From assembly GCF_000143415.4 (NCBI RefSeq), contig NW_003314262.1:4710389-4774388 (forward strand): a stretch of DNA of 64,000 nt, read 5' to 3'. The notes under the pieces were generated by a model. The model worked only from the letters and a program-made list of their open reading frames with translations. It was not told the DNA's origin and ran no database searches. Position numbers and translations under genes: made by a program. This stretch comes from Selaginella moellendorffii (Eukaryota > Plantae > Lycopodiophyta). Below, one piece after another: positions 34,974-47,847 of the stretch (position 1 is the stretch's first letter; every line of letters begins with the position of its first letter).

Positions 34974-37127
34974 ATGGCAACTTGTAACGTTGGTGTGTTT
35001 ATGGCTTTTGGTACCCTTGGCGACATACTTCCTTTAGCGGTGAGCTTCGTTCTTTCAACAATCGCTCGCTTCTTAACTCGCGCTTATGGTTTCTCTTATT
35101 TTCTTGCAGTACGTTGCTATAGCTTTAGCTCGAGCGACTACGAAGTATTCTATTACGTTCATCACTCATGATTCGCATCAGGTATTGTGGTTTTGAGCTT
35201 TACATCTATGGAAACCGTTGCCTTCACAGGTTTTGAAGGCGCTCCTTTTACCTGCTGGTATTGTTTTGCGCTCCGTCTCAACACCTGCAGTCTTGACACC
35301 TGAACAGAAACGGGACTCTTTCCCAGACTCGCTTACTTCTGGTAACACAGTTCCAAAGTGCGAAGTTTCACTCATCCGTGCTCGACGCGTAGAAATTCAC
35401 ATGGAGGAGTGCCTGGACGCGATTGAAAGTCAGGAATCCAACGGTACCATTAGCTTCATTGCAATCAATTTCTTCGCCCTGGTCGGTTTATCTGAGTTTA
35501 CGATCACGCTTTTACCTGTGTATCGGTTCCTTCGTCAGGAAGGCTGGCATATTGCAGAGCTTTTGAATGTGCGGTTTATCGTACTTGCGCCATATGTCAT
35601 GCCTTACAGGCAAGAGAGACACTCAGTGCTCGCATAAACTTTATTGGATCTGATCTTGCGCAGTGCTCCTGCGTCGTTTGAGCGCAGCTTCAGACAAGTG
35701 TACCCTCGCTTGTACAAGCGACTACAACGAGCATCAGCTGAAGAGGTCTCTCGATATATTTTCTCGTTTTAAAACTTGCGCTTTCTGATTCAATTCACCA
35801 GGTTGGATGGAAGGATGTAACACATTGGATGTGGCCGCTTTTTACTGACAGATGGACGTCATGGCGCGTTCGAAAGCTTCGGCTTAGCGCGTGTCCCTTG
35901 ACGGTGGGCTCTTTACATCAAATGAATAACAATGTAACCTTCCTTGTTTCAGGATCCCGTTACGGAACTACCTGTTCACGACTGGCCCCGCTCAGTACCA
36001 CTCTTGTAACCTTGCTTTTAAACTTTGTCCCGTTGATTCATTCGTCCTTCAGGTATGGATTCAGCGAGAAAGTTGTAGAATGTCCAGGTGAGTTTTTTGT
36101 TTTTGTAACCTTAAGTTTGATACGCGAGTGCTATAGGTTATTGGCCCAGCAGCGTGCGTGTGTGCGGCTTCTGGCTGCCACCTGACCGTGGGGTTTCGGG
36201 GACAACTCATCTTGCACCAAAACTTGCGGAATTTTTGTTGAGAAGCGCCGATTCCAAGCCTGTCTTTATTGGACTGAGCTCAATAACCAGGTACAATCGT
36301 GTCTTTTCTATAGGCAGCATTCAAAACTTGTGTTCTTTGTCTGCAGCATGGGCTTTCTTCAAAATCCTCTGGGGATGCTACAAGTTGTCACGGATGTTTT
36401 GAAAGCTGTAAATATGCGCGGTGTGCTTTTTACAGCCGGTCACCCGTCTCTTGAAGCAGTTGTTACGAGTGCTGCTGGTCTGGCAACGTCTTGCCTGGAG
36501 AAAGAAGGGCTCACTCTTGATCACAACTTATTCTGCTACTCCGGGTATGAAAGCTCCATCTTTGCCAATCAGCAACGTGGTCTTTTCCGTCTAGATATGT
36601 TCCTTACAACGATTTGTTTCCAAAATGCTCAGTAGTCATTCATCACGGTGGAAGGTAACAAAGCCATTCACATCTTCATCTGGCTCGGACAAACGCTTTT
36701 GTGTTTTCGCAGTGGAACGACTGCTGCTTGTCTTCACGCCGGAGTTCCTCAGGTAATCTAATCTCGTCGTGAATCTCCTCGTATTTCTTACCAACACGTT
36801 TACAGGTGATATGCCCGTTTATTCTCGACCAGTTCTACTGGGCGGAGCGAATGTCATGGCTTGGAGTGTCTCCACAGCCTCTCAAGCCATACCATCTCGT
36901 CCCCGACGCGACCAAGCTTGAAATCTCGGGAGCCGTGGACGCAGTAACTCTGGCAGTGCGCGAGGCTTTGACAGACAGAATCAAAACAAACGCCATGGAA
37001 CTCGCAAGCAGCATCAATGACGAGGTACTCTTAAACGCTTACGATTTGGTCTAAAGCTCAAACTGGAACTCCAATGCAGGATGGCTGTTCCAGAGCTGTG
37101 CAAATTATAATGGAAGAAACGCCGTAA
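34974..37127 (+). CDS. UDP-glycosyltransferase, sterol 3-beta-glucosyltransferase (UGT80)-like, multi-exon
   Basis: FMAFGTLGDILPL, INFFAL|EGWHIAE, HWMWPLF, YGFSEKVVECP, IHHGG|SGTTAACLHAGVPQ|VICPFILDQFYWAERM. Confidence 0.85.
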
Positions 37128-37171
37128 AAACTTTCTCGGAAGTGGAAAGAAGAGAGAACAAGCACTGCCCT

Positions 37172-37663
37172 CTAAGCCATGATCTTGGCAGACTTCAAGT
37201 AGAGGCTATCCACCACCTTGCTCACGTTCGAGATGGTATCCAGCGTCGCCGGATAGATCCCATCCGTTTGGGCCGAGTCGAAGATGATGAGGCACCCGGC
37301 ACCCTGGTCCAGCGTCCCCAAGAACTTCTTATCCAGTATCATCTGCGACAGCTTCTTCTCCACCGTCTCAATGGGGAGCCCGATGAGCCGCGAGATGTGC
37401 GTGATCTCCACCCGCGAGAAAGGCTCGATCAGCCGGCAGAGGTTCTGCTCCAGCAGCGTGTCGTAGAGCGACGAGAGGTGCCGGTGGACGATGGGATCCT
37501 CCTCCAGCTGCGGCTTGTACATGGCCAGCGCCTCCTCGAAGTCCTTGAGCGAGCGCTTGGCGTAAGCTTCCGCCACAGCTTTCATGGCGTCGAGCTCCAC
37601 CCCGGTGTACTTGAGCCCGGCCTTGGACGAGATCAAGCTGCCAACGTCGTCGGCCTGGTTGGT

Positions 37664-37695
<32 letters not shown>

Positions 37696-38494
37696 AGAAC
37701 ACGGCCCTGGGATCGTCCAGCGCGTTAAAGGCCTCGAATCCCTCGTAGAAGTAGCTGAAGCCGGTCTTGTAGTCCTTCTCCTCAGCGTGGAGGATGCCGC
37801 TCTGGAGATCGATGGTTCCCTGCTGCGCTGGAGGAACGTAGATCGCATTGGCGGCGGTCCTGGCGGCCGTGAGCGCCGCCTTGGCCTTGGGGAGGTTGCG
37901 CAGCGCGAAGTGGAGCTTGCTCTCGAGGAGATCGATGTCGACGAGGAGGAGCTTGTCGTCGAGCTTGCGGACTTCTCTCACGAGCTTGGTGATGAGCGCC
38001 AGCGCCTCGGAGTAGTCTTTCACTTCCATGAGCAGCGCTGCGAGGCGGGCTTCCACTCTCTGCCGGAGGAACGTCCTCTTCTCGGTGCGCGTCCACTCCA
38101 CCATCTCTCGGCACAGTGATATTTGCAGCGTGGAGGTGCCTGGGATCTTGGCCACGGCGTCGATCACCCCGCGCACAATCTTGGCGGTCTTGGCCTTTGG
38201 GATTACGGCGAAGAAGGGGCGGAGCTCCGTGAGCAGGCTGCGCAGATCCTCGGCCCTCTTTTGCTGCGAGAAGAGCTCCGACAGCACCGAGATTGCCTGC
38301 TCCTTGACGCGCAGCACTTCCGCCGCGCTGGACGAGTCCCGCAGCACGGATTGCAGCAGCGAGATTGCCCTGGGCGGGTCCGCGTCTTGAATCTCCAGCG
38401 CCTGAGCTAGGATCTCCTCCGCCGCGGCCGAGGGAGGCGGCGGTGGCATCAGGGACGAGGAGGACGATGCTTGCGCGACAGCCGCAGTAGCCAT
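37172..38494 (-). CDS. RPN6: 26S proteasome regulatory subunit RPN6 (PSMD11), intronless
   Basis: Full conserved sequence, e.g. KAKTAKIVR, EKRTFLRQ, and PCI domain LLEQNLCRLIEPFS...KLSQMILDKKFLGTLDQG. Confidence 0.97.
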
Positions 38495-38826
38495 GGCGGC
38501 GAAATATAAACCCTAGCCTCCGGATCTACCCCGCGCCGCGCGTGACAGTCGCTTACCTCGATCGATCGCCTAGAGGAAGAGAGAGCGAAAAGAAAGAACT
38601 AGGGTTTGGACAACTACTGTGGCGGGCCGCCACAGCACACCACCAAGACGCCGCCTGGAAAGTGCGCTGGAGCCCTAATCCCCGGGGCATAAATATCAAG
38701 AGCCCTAATTAGGTCGGTCTCTTTTGGGGCAGCGCGCGAGGGTTTCGAGCGCGGGGGCCGCGGGCGAGGGCGCCGATTTCTTTCCAGGACTAGCACGAAC
38801 ACCACCAGCGGCGGCGGCGATCCAGC
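38495..38826. promoter_or_regulatory. Bidirectional promoter RPN6/eIF1A with telo-boxes
   Basis: AAACCCTA at 38508-38515, TAGGGTTT at 38600-38607, GAGCCCTAAT twice; divergent genes 330 bp apart. Confidence 0.55.
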
Positions 38827-39261
38827 ATGCCGAAGAACAAGGGAAAGGGAGGGAAGAACCGGAAGCGAGGTAAGAACGAGGCGGACGATGAGAAGCGCGA
38901 GCTCGTGTTCAAGGAGGACGGGCAGGAGTACGCGCAGGTGATCCGGATGCTGGGCAACGGGCGCTGCGAGTCGATGTGCATCGATGGGATCAAGCGGATG
39001 TGCCACATCCGGGGCAAGATGCACAAGAAGGTGTGGATCGCGGCGGGGGATATCATTCTGGTGGGGCTGCGGGACTACCAGGATGATAAGGCGGATGTGA
39101 TCCTCAAGTACCAGCCCGACGAGGCGCGGCTGCTCAAGGCGTACAACGAGCTGCCCGATAACATCCGGCTCAACGAGGGGATTGCCAGCGTCATGGACGA
39201 CGAGGAGGAGGGCGGCGACGATTACATCGAGTTTGAGGACGAGGACATCGACAAGATCTAA
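38827..39261 (+). CDS. eIF1A: Eukaryotic translation initiation factor 1A
   Basis: [18 protein letters not shown]...[12 protein letters not shown]...[12 protein letters not shown], acidic C-terminal tail. Confidence 0.98.
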   Translation: MPKNKGKGGKNRKRGKNEADDEKRELVFKEDGQEYAQVIRMLGNGRCESMCIDGIKRMCHIRGKMHKKVWIAAGDIILVGLRDYQDDKADVILKYQPDEARLLKAYNELPDNIRLNEGIASVMDDEEEGGDDYIEFEDEDIDKI

Positions 39262-39683
39262 GAGGGCAGCTAAGCACTGCTTTGTTTCTATATATCTCTC
39301 TCCTCTTCTATTCTACTAGGAAGCACGAGAACAAAGAGTCAATGAGAGAAATCTTCATTGATCGACCCAATTCATCTCTAGCGTTTGGATTGTTTTCTCG
39401 GAGAAACCGATCGTTGGGAGAGAGATCCTTCGTTTCTCGTGGTGGATGGATATCTCTACCAGAAACACACAATGAAATCTTCATTGATCGATCCAATTCG
39501 CAAATGATTTGGATTATCCTCTTCTCGGAGAATTCGAGGGGATAGAGATCTACGCACCACTCACCCTCGTGGGTCCAAGGATCTACTCTCTTCGTTTCTA
39601 GAGAATTCTCTCGTGGGTCCTGGGAAGCTCTTGATCTGCCTGTCTCTAGCGAAGAACCCTAAAAGAGAAAGTTCTCTCATCGC

Positions 39684-40259
39684 TCACCTCCTCTTCTTCA
39701 CCACCGCGGCCTTGAGCGACGCGGCCGTGTCCACCGCATAGCCGCCAATCGGGGGTAGAATCGTGGGTGGCACTGCCTTGAGCGCCGTCTTCCTCATCCC
39801 CATCACCGGCGTCTTGATCCCGGCGCGGAGGTGATCCGGCAGCGCCCCGATCGCCGCCACCTTCGCCGCCAGCATCCGCCCCTCTGACCACTGCTTCTCC
39901 CTGTGCTCGTTCATCAAGATCCGGCTGGTCTCCTTGGCCAGCCGGTTGAGCTCCGCCAGCATCGTCTGCCGCTCGCCGTCGCTGATCTTGATCTTGGGCT
40001 CGATCGTCTTGCGCTTGGATTGCACCTGGACGCGAATCGTTGCGCCGACCCCAGCGTCCTTGACATTCTTGCTCTCCACGCCCTTCTTGCCCAGCTTCTT
40101 GCCGACCCCCGCCCCGCCCTTCTTGTAGCCGCTCTTCTTGGCCGCCTCCACGATCTTACCCTTCTTCGTGCCGGACACGCCCAGCACGCGATTCGTGGAG
40201 ATGCCGCGCCACGGCACCGCCCATGGGATCACCTGGCGCAAGCGCCCCAAGATCACCAT
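39684..40259 (-). CDS. Probable mitochondrial ribosomal protein mL40-like
   Basis: Basic transit-like N-terminus; SRILMNEH...AAIGALPDHLR...PPTILPPIGGY resembles plant mL40. Confidence 0.6.
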   Translation of the reverse strand: MVILGRLRQVIPWAVPWRGISTNRVLGVSGTKKGKIVEAAKKSGYKKGGAGVGKKLGKKGVESKNVKDAGVGATIRVQVQSKRKTIEPKIKISDGERQTMLAELNRLAKETSRILMNEHREKQWSEGRMLAAKVAAIGALPDHLRAGIKTPVMGMRKTALKAVPPTILPPIGGYAVDTAASLKAAVVKKRR

Positions 40260-40366
40260 AGAGATGCCCAGAAATTAGGGTTCTTGGTTCCAGAAATTTA
40301 GGGTTCCTGGGGGTTCTTGGGCGATATTAGGGCTCTTGGGCATTTCTAGAGAAGAAAAATGCCCAT

Positions 40367-41856
40367 CTAGAGATCGGCCATGCTGAAATTCCATCGCAAG
40401 TGCATCATGCTTCTCGTCCCGGGAATTGGCAGCCGATACTCATCCGAGATGCAAATGGACAGTCCCTCCGTCAAGAGCCTCAGCCTGGTGGCGTGATTCA
40501 GCAGTCTCATGCAAGCCGATCGGATTTGCTCCATCTCCAGCTCCGGCGCAAACACCAAGTTCCTCAATCGCAGCTTCTTCCGGACGTGGAGATTGAGATT
40601 CCCCAGCTTCTCCTCCTCGGCCTTGAACTCGATCCTCCTCTTGACAGCCTCACGGCCCCTCTCGTTGACGAACTTGTAGATCTCTGCCAAGTTCTCGGTC
40701 ACCGGCACGTTGATATACCCCATTCGATCGTCGACGCTCATGCTGCTGCCACTGCTGCTCGTCACTCGAATCGGGAGATCGTGAAACTTTCCATCACCGA
40801 CAGCTCCAATCGCCTCGGCCTCGTGCAGCACCTTGTCAAGGAACGAAGAATACTCCTGCTCCAAGGAGAGCGCATCGTCCGCGAAGATCATCTCCACTTC
40901 CATCAGCCGTGCCGCTCGAAACTCCTTCACTCGCCTCTCCCGGACTGCTGCTCGCTTCGCTGCGATGGAGCTCACATCGAGCTGGCGGAAGAACTCCGCC
41001 CAGAACACCGGACCATCGTCGTGGTTGAGCCACAAGTTGCCGAGACCATCCACGCCACAGCAGCTATCACCGATGAGAAGCGCGCAGCCTTTGAGCTCGC
41101 AATCCGGGACGCTGTCAAGAGCTCGAGCTAGCGAGTGGAGGCACTGGAGCTGCGAGTCGGGCGGCAAATCCTTCCGGAACGAGACCGTCACCCCGCGGCC
41201 CAGCCGCAGCGCGTTCCTGACCACGATCATCCGCTGCTCCTGCCCAAGAACAGTCGTCTCGTTCTGCCGCTGGAGCTCCGACGCGGTCTGGAAGAGCTCC
41301 GAGAGCTTCATCGTCAGCCTGCTCTTGGAGAGTATCTCGCCACCGCCTGTGAGGTTCCCGGAGAACTCCGGCGAGAGTCCAAACGAGGAGAGTAGCAAGC
41401 CCAGTGCCGATCGAGTAGCAGGCAGCATCTCAGTTCCTGGCAGCGTTGCCTGTGGCGGTGGCAAGCACACCTCCACCTTCTTGATCGATTCCTCCTTCTC
41501 ATCCTTGAATCCCTTGGGCTCTCGCTCGCGCCGGACGTAGAATTCGAGCTTGTACTCATTGACCGAGCAATTCACCTGGCCGCCCTTGGCGACGCGGAGG
41601 TATTCCTGGAGGAGCTGGAAGGAGCGCTGATTGATCTCCTGCCAGTCACGATTGGAGCGATTGGAGTCTCGATTGCGCAGAGAAGTGAGAGATTTACCTG
41701 GTGCTGCGGGTAACTGTGGAAGAGATCCGGATGAACGAGCTTGAACAGGCGCCGGAGCTCGTCGAGGACGTGAGGACGCGGAGATTGCTGCTGGCAGTAG
41801 CCCGCATTGCGGAATCTCTGGCAGAGGAGGCGCAGCACCGACCGAGACGATTGCAT
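40367..41856 (-). CDS. TCAIM-like (DUF4460/DUF4461) mitochondrial protein, 2 exons
   Basis: LRRLFKLVHPDLF (J-domain-like) spliced to EINQRSFQLLQEYL across an intron at ~41640-41697. Confidence 0.75.
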
Positions 41857-42014
41857 GGAGAATTTAGGGTTCTTCGCCTTCCTGAGAATATTCGCGGGAT
41901 ATCTTTAGTACCATGAAATCTTTGGTTACATGCTTCGGCAAGACCGGAATTGTCATGTCATGGCCTCCGCAAAACAAATAGGAACAGTGTAATGAAACTT
42001 AAGCTAAAGAAGCT

Positions 42015-43381
42015 TACCTCTATTGCTCATGAGTCTCTCGCTCAGCTCAATCACCGTCCCAAGCTCACTCAGCCTGGCATTTGCATCGCAATGCAATCGG
42101 GCCAAATCGCTGCGACAACGGGAGTATTACAAGAGGAGCAAATAGAAACCAAATCCTATACCTGGAGAATCTGGAGTGCGTCTCCCACAACCTTGTGGAA
42201 GAAGTTGAAGTGACAGTACTGCCTTCCTACCTCAAGGTCAAAGTTGTTAGCAAACTTTTGATGTAGTGGCTGCAAGTTTAGTTCGGCCCCAGCCTGAAAA
42301 TCACAAAATCATTCCACTGTAATGAAGTCATTGTATAAGCTATTAAGCTAAGTATCGAGGAACAGATTGTAGGTGGCTCGGTCAACCACAGGACGAACCT
42401 CACAAACATTACTGTGTACACTGGGAGCCAGAGCACCAAGGCATCCCCTATAACAAAATGTAAGTTCTACGCTTCACTTCTACATCACATAGCTCACTCG
42501 CCTTCACTTCGTGAAATCGGTATGTAGCTGGTGTGATTATGCTTCTGCCAGGCTGACTTTTGCCCGAATAGGGAGAACCCTATGTGAGAGAGGCATCGCT
42601 CCAACAGGATGGGTCCACGAAGAACTGCTTCCACGCCGGAGGCAGGGCTGCCGCTGAAAGTGGTGGTAGGAGCGAAATGGTGGCCAAACCCTGTTAAAAA
42701 AAAAAAAAAAAACAATGTCAATCAACAAACAATCTCTCAATCTCAAACTTGCGCCCTGGCTATGGGTGGCTGCTGATCCATGCAAAATGACAGACAAACA
42801 GGGAAGAGAAGACCTATTGGACCGTTGAAGAAAACCGTTGACTAAAGAGTTTGAAAGCCACGTGGCATCTCGTCAGCTGTACAGTCTAATTATAACATCT
42901 TACCTAAATACAACCTAATTAATACATCTTACCTTTATCGTCCTTGTCATCCACTGACACAAAATCAAGATACTCATATCAAGGAGCTATTTTGAAAGAA
43001 ACACAAGTCAAGAGGAAATGCAAGCTACACATTGGTGCCTTCATCCTCATGAGCAGTCATCACGAACATACCTTTGGCAGCCAGGAAGTCGAGAAGCTTG
43101 CGTATGTGGCTCTGGGAGAGGTCTTCAAAGGCTGCCGACTATGGTATATGGCCCCAGTGCGAGATCATCTGCATGAACAGCGAAGCCAACACTCTCATCT
43201 ACAGCTGCAACGCAAGAACAGGCGTCTCTAGCGGCTTCAATGACGAGCCAAAGATGGTCATAAGCTCCGACCACAGTGCGTGAATGCGCTGAAGGCAGCA
43301 TTCTGGGGGTTGCTCGGAAATAACATGAACTTTTGAGTCAGGCAGGGCCCAAAGAATCAAGGGATGAGCATCACCCTGCAA
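42015..43381 (-). pseudogene. Degraded multi-exon gene of unknown family
   Basis: Several exon-like blocks with splice-like boundaries on the minus strand but internal stops; no family recognised. Confidence 0.25.
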
Positions 43382-43808
43382 GGGCTACAGGCCTATGTGC
43401 CAGAGTTGGAGGACTTTGGGAAATCTCCTTCTGGAAAATACAATTTATGTCCCGATGCTACAAGGGGTATTTGCAAACGGTGAATATTATGTAGGTTATA
43501 GGTGTAGAGCTCTATTGGCTTCTTGGATGGAAACACAGGAAGATATCGGGCCAGAGGGCATCAATTGAATTCAGTGTAGTTAGGGAATGGTCTCACCACC
43601 CTCATCCCCTGGGAGGGATGGCTTTGCCAGCTATGTTATGAAGAGGTGGAGACAATGACATACAAATGTCGGGCTTTTACACGTATTCTGCAGTGATATC
43701 ACTTCCCACAAGTTGGTATGGATCGCTCATCCCAAGGCTAAAGAGGTGGCCATATTTCTCTGAGGAATCAGGATGCAACTTTTCCACGCATAGCCCTAAG
43801 GGCTGGAC

Positions 43809-44774
43809 ATGGCTCCGGCGGCCTCGGGGGCATCTTCCGAGGCTCAAGCAGCAACCTCAGGTTTGGTGGGAATCGGTAAGAGCAGAGCAGCGATTGAGAT
43901 AGCGATTTCTGAGGCAGCAACAGCGATTGAGAAAGCGACTCCTGAGGCAGCAGCAGCAGCAGCGACCTCGTCCCGGTCAGGTTTGGCCAGAAAGAGAATT
44001 CCATGCACTTCCGGCTCGAATTGGACAGAGGAGCAGTTGCAGTTCTTCAACATTCACGTAGTCCGTGAGGCTGGTTTTGAAGCTTTTTTCAAAGAAAAAC
44101 CAAGGGAACAGTTTAACCAGGAGGTTGCGGAGTTTCTAGACCTGAATCTGGAAGTTGTGCGTCCCAAGACCAAGGGTGTGGTATCAAGCCAAGTGAAGCA
44201 TGTTGCCAAAGATCTGATCGCTGTGACCAAGTCTCACAGGAACGACGAGAGTGCCGTGGATGACATGTCCAAATCGTTGCTCCAGCTGTTTGACTATGAT
44301 TCAGGGGAAAGGTCAGTCAGAACAAGATGCACGTTGCAGCTGGAAATGTCGAATCGGAAAACCGAAGCTACTCCGGATGTTTGCGTTGAAGATGAGGATA
44401 GCTCCATCAGATTACTTGTTGGGAAGGTCAGGAATCTGAAAGGTCACCATCCTGTACCGCAATTGATAGCAGATGCAATTGCTGCGTATCAAGAGAATGT
44501 GGATCTGTGTGAGAGGCTTGTGCTTCCGGCGTATCCAGGAGAGAAGGTCATTCCAGGGATAGTTATGCTCGGTACAAGGCCCGCGTTCTACCTCATACAC
44601 ATGACCAAGGCTCTGTCGGATTGTGTGAAGCAGGGTGAGAAGCCAGAGTTTGTTACCATGGTACAGGAGTATGTGCCTCCTAATCTACCAGTCACCATTT
44701 CTGATGCAATGCTGGACAAAAGGTTGCGCTATCATGTCGGTCAGTGCCTAGAGTCATTCAAGCGACATTTATAA
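43809..44774 (+). CDS. Intronless protein resembling a fungal uncharacterised family with a restriction-endonuclease-like fold
   Basis: SGSNWTEEQL..FNI, ESAVDD, PDVCV, PQLIADAIAAYQEN, IPGIVMLGTRPAFY, CLESFK. Confidence 0.6.
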   Translation: MAPAASGASSEAQAATSGLVGIGKSRAAIEIAISEAATAIEKATPEAAAAAATSSRSGLARKRIPCTSGSNWTEEQLQFFNIHVVREAGFEAFFKEKPREQFNQEVAEFLDLNLEVVRPKTKGVVSSQVKHVAKDLIAVTKSHRNDESAVDDMSKSLLQLFDYDSGERSVRTRCTLQLEMSNRKTEATPDVCVEDEDSSIRLLVGKVRNLKGHHPVPQLIADAIAAYQENVDLCERLVLPAYPGEKVIPGIVMLGTRPAFYLIHMTKALSDCVKQGEKPEFVTMVQEYVPPNLPVTISDAMLDKRLRYHVGQCLESFKRHL

Positions 44775-45479
44775 TAGAGTTGTAGTTCGAACTGACCAGA
44801 GGGACGGAAGATTAGGAACATCTTTGTCTACTCTTATCACTATTCTATAAGTTTTTGTCCCTCCATGCTTTCTAGACTCTAGCAGGCATGCTGGTAGTTC
44901 ACCTGAGCATTGTTCGCCTCCTCAGCCTTCACTGCGCTGCTCCTTTTTCGTTTTTTTGTTTTTTTCCTGCAAGTGCTTTTTTGATCGTTAGCACATTAGC
45001 ACGGTGCCATTTCCTTAAGCTGCTCTCCTTTGCGCTGCTGCCTAAGCTTCGATCCAAGAGATCAGAGCGCTGAGAGCTTTCTAGAGCTTTCCTCCGGCGT
45101 TCACAAACCCCGAGAAGCTGATGGATGTCAGGTTTAAGGAGCATTCCTTTTTCTAGTCTTTGTTTTATAACCGACTCTATTGCAGGTTTTGGGCGGCACT
45201 CCCGATAAGCAAGATAACCCAGCTAAGACTCAAGATCGTAATGGCAACGCGATTGGCGTCAAGGACCATGGTTCGTGTCGTTGCTGGTCCTTTCAAGGTA
45301 ATTATTGATAACAGTCCAGCTCCATTTTTATTCATGGCCCTGTCGAGCATCTCAGCTTTGTTCATACAAGATCGACAACGGAGGATTCATTTGTGATGCC
45401 CGTTGACTGTCAACTGAAGACCAGGTCAACAGGCGGTTAGGCGGCTAGGCGGCTAGGCGGCTGGGAGATTTAGCACCAG

Positions 45480-45845
45480 ATTACCAAATCTTTGGTGCTT
45501 CATTAGCTATCAACAAGATGACTGGGTGGATTTTCTACCTCTAGCCGAGTTTTCCTACAACAACTCTGTTCACGCTTCAAACGCCCTTCTTCGTCAACAG
45601 AGATTTCCTCAAGCACCCTCGACTCTATCAGTCCCAGCACAGAAGATTGTCTTCACTGCCTCCTGGAGCTGCAACATACTCTGCATGAGCATCTTACCGC
45701 TGCCCAAGAACGCTACCGTCGTTTCACCTACACTCATCAACAATCAGCTCCACGCTTCTCTATCGGTGACCTTGTGTGGCTTCTCCGTTGCCATCTGCCC
45801 ACGTCTCGACCATGCGACAAACTCGACGGTCGCCGCTTGGGACAT
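45480..45845 (+). mobile_element. Short Tf2/chromovirus-type Gypsy integrase remnant
   Basis: YQQDDWVDFLPLAEFSYNNSVHAS; later IGDLVWL and RPCDKLDGRRLG. Confidence 0.75.
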
Positions 45846-46162
45846 CATCGAACAAGTCGAGCATTTCCTGAACCTCAAACTCGGCCTGCTCTGCGACCTC
45901 GGAGTTCGTGTCTGAAAGGAGTTGGCAACGTGGGGTTCCACGGGATGAATCCGGATCGTGGATGGAAGCTCAAGGCGGAAAGCACTCCAAGCTGCTCTTG
46001 ATTTTCTACCCGTCCGTCACACGATCCAACGGTCAACGGTCAACATCGTCCTCCTTTAGGGCTTTCTCTCTCTGGAAGTATGTTATGGAATTTGCTTCTT
46101 TATGTGCTCGTATCTTCTTCACAAAAAAGGATTCTCTCCAAGATTCTTATTCCCAAAAGATT

Positions 46163-46207
46163 TGACGTGCCAGCAGAAAAGTACGCCACGTGGCGATAAA
46201 TGACGTG
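46163..46207 (+). promoter_or_regulatory. Cluster of ACGT-core bZIP sites upstream of the TIN1-like gene
   Basis: TGACGTG (46163), GCCACGTGGC (46185) and TGACGTG (46201), within 110 bp of the ATG. Confidence 0.4.
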
Positions 46208-46273
46208 CAGAGGCTTACATGGCGCGCTCTTATTCGCCCAAGCGACGCGGAGGTTTTAGGTTACAGCATAGAC

Positions 46274-47618
46274 ATGAGGCTTGTTTTGGCGCTCTCGTTC
46301 GCGCTATGGCTTTCGCTCGCGATCGTTTTCGCGGTGGAATCCGACGATAAGGGTCTCGGCGCTGTTCTGGTAATCGAAATGTTCCATCGATCGAGCGATC
46401 TCTGATTTCTTTCTCCCATTCTCTCCTCCAGGAAGCGACGGATAAAATCGTCCAGCAGCTAGGATGGAAGCGCGAGGATGTGAATGTGTCGCGGGTCTAC
46501 TCCCGGAGGATGGGGCAAGCACTGATGTACGAATTCGACATCGAAATCGGTGGAAATATCTTCCCGATCAAGCTCGCCGAGGACATCAGTACATGGCGCT
46601 ATGTGGACGAGCTCTCAAATCAAGGCACCGAGAAGGCGATGGTGGAATTTGGACACTGGGATGACGCGGCGCTGGCTCCATTCAAGCTCGCAGGGCCGGT
46701 TGAGCTCTGGATCCAAGATGCCAAGGACCTCCGGCTCGCGATTCCGGTATGCATTCACCACGGTCTTGAATCGATCGCTAAAAAAGCCTTTCTTGTTTCC
46801 AGAACGATGTGGATGCTGGAGCGTTGCGAAAGGTTTTGCTAGCGGATGGCGCCACTGTGACAGTACTAGGAGCTCGAGAGATAAGTCTGACGAAGCCATT
46901 CAAGGTACCTTTGCCGCTGGTTGGCAGCGGTGATGACCACGCTTCCAGCATCTTGGCACTCTCGGAACAGCTCAGGCAAGCATCCCGATCCAGCGACCGG
47001 CCGATCCTATCACTCCGAGTGGTGAAGCCATCCTCGCTGGTGGCATCCGCCCCGGAGCAGCTGGATTCTCCGCCGGAGCGCCTCAAAGTGAAGAAACTTT
47101 CACCGGGGGCAGTGGAACTGAGCAGCAGGGCGCTGGACAAACTCGCAGGAGGCGAGATCGACTTGAGTGGCAGTAGCAGCGGTGGCAAGTCACAGTGGCT
47201 GTGGCCGCTTCCATCCGTGAACACGTCTGGACCAACCTTGCGGAGCTTGGAGCAAGCGCTCAAGCTCTTGCTCGGCCCCAGCGCTCACAGGCCGGGCTCC
47301 TTCAGCCTCCTCCGCGCCAAGGCCGCGGCAGCGAAGTTCGTCAAGGTGGAATTCGAGCTGGAGAAGCGCCTAGATGGCGACGATGGTGCTCTACCCGAAT
47401 GGGCAACCAGGCCGACGATCCAGCGGCTCCAGTTTGAGGTCCTGTCCAAGATCGACGGCGACAAAGTGATCCCCATGAGCGTCCGGCCTTTGGAAACGTA
47501 TCCCTCGGCTACCACCGCGTCCTTCGATTTTTTTAGTGGCAACACCACTAGCTTGGAAAGCATGGCGTCGATATTCCTTCCTCCAGTGAGCCCTTTGACA
47601 CTAGACGTAAGTGGGTGA
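46274..47618 (+). CDS. TIN1: TUNICAMYCIN INDUCED 1-like protein, 3 exons, signal peptide
   Basis: YEFDIEIG, LAPFKLAGPVELWIQDAKDLRLAIP|NDVDAGALRKVLLADGATVTV, LWPLPSVN, LPEWATRP. Confidence 0.82.
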
Positions 47619-47847
47619 AATCGCTTGGTGAATTTTTTACACTTGAGGTTTTCCATGTATCATAACTTAAGTTGGTAAAAGTTGGTAAACACATAAAATC
47701 ATGTAAATCATAGCGATAAGTTGGTAAAAGTTGGTCACAACTGGATAAAATCATGTAAGAGTTTACCACAGAGAATAACGATCGTAGCAAAAGCTTGGCA
47801 AAAAGAAAAAAATTCCAGTTAGCGATCGAAGATGCGAAGCTACCTAT

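Noticed and set aside
37142-38119. 325-aa antisense ORF over RPN6 (similar shadow ORFs over the PPR and TCAIM-like genes)
   Set aside because: Explained by high GC3 codon bias of the real gene on the opposite strand or frame.
39345-39620. Short dispersed repeats between the eIF1A and mL40-like 3' ends
   Set aside because: Small local duplications with no TIR/TSD or regular period.
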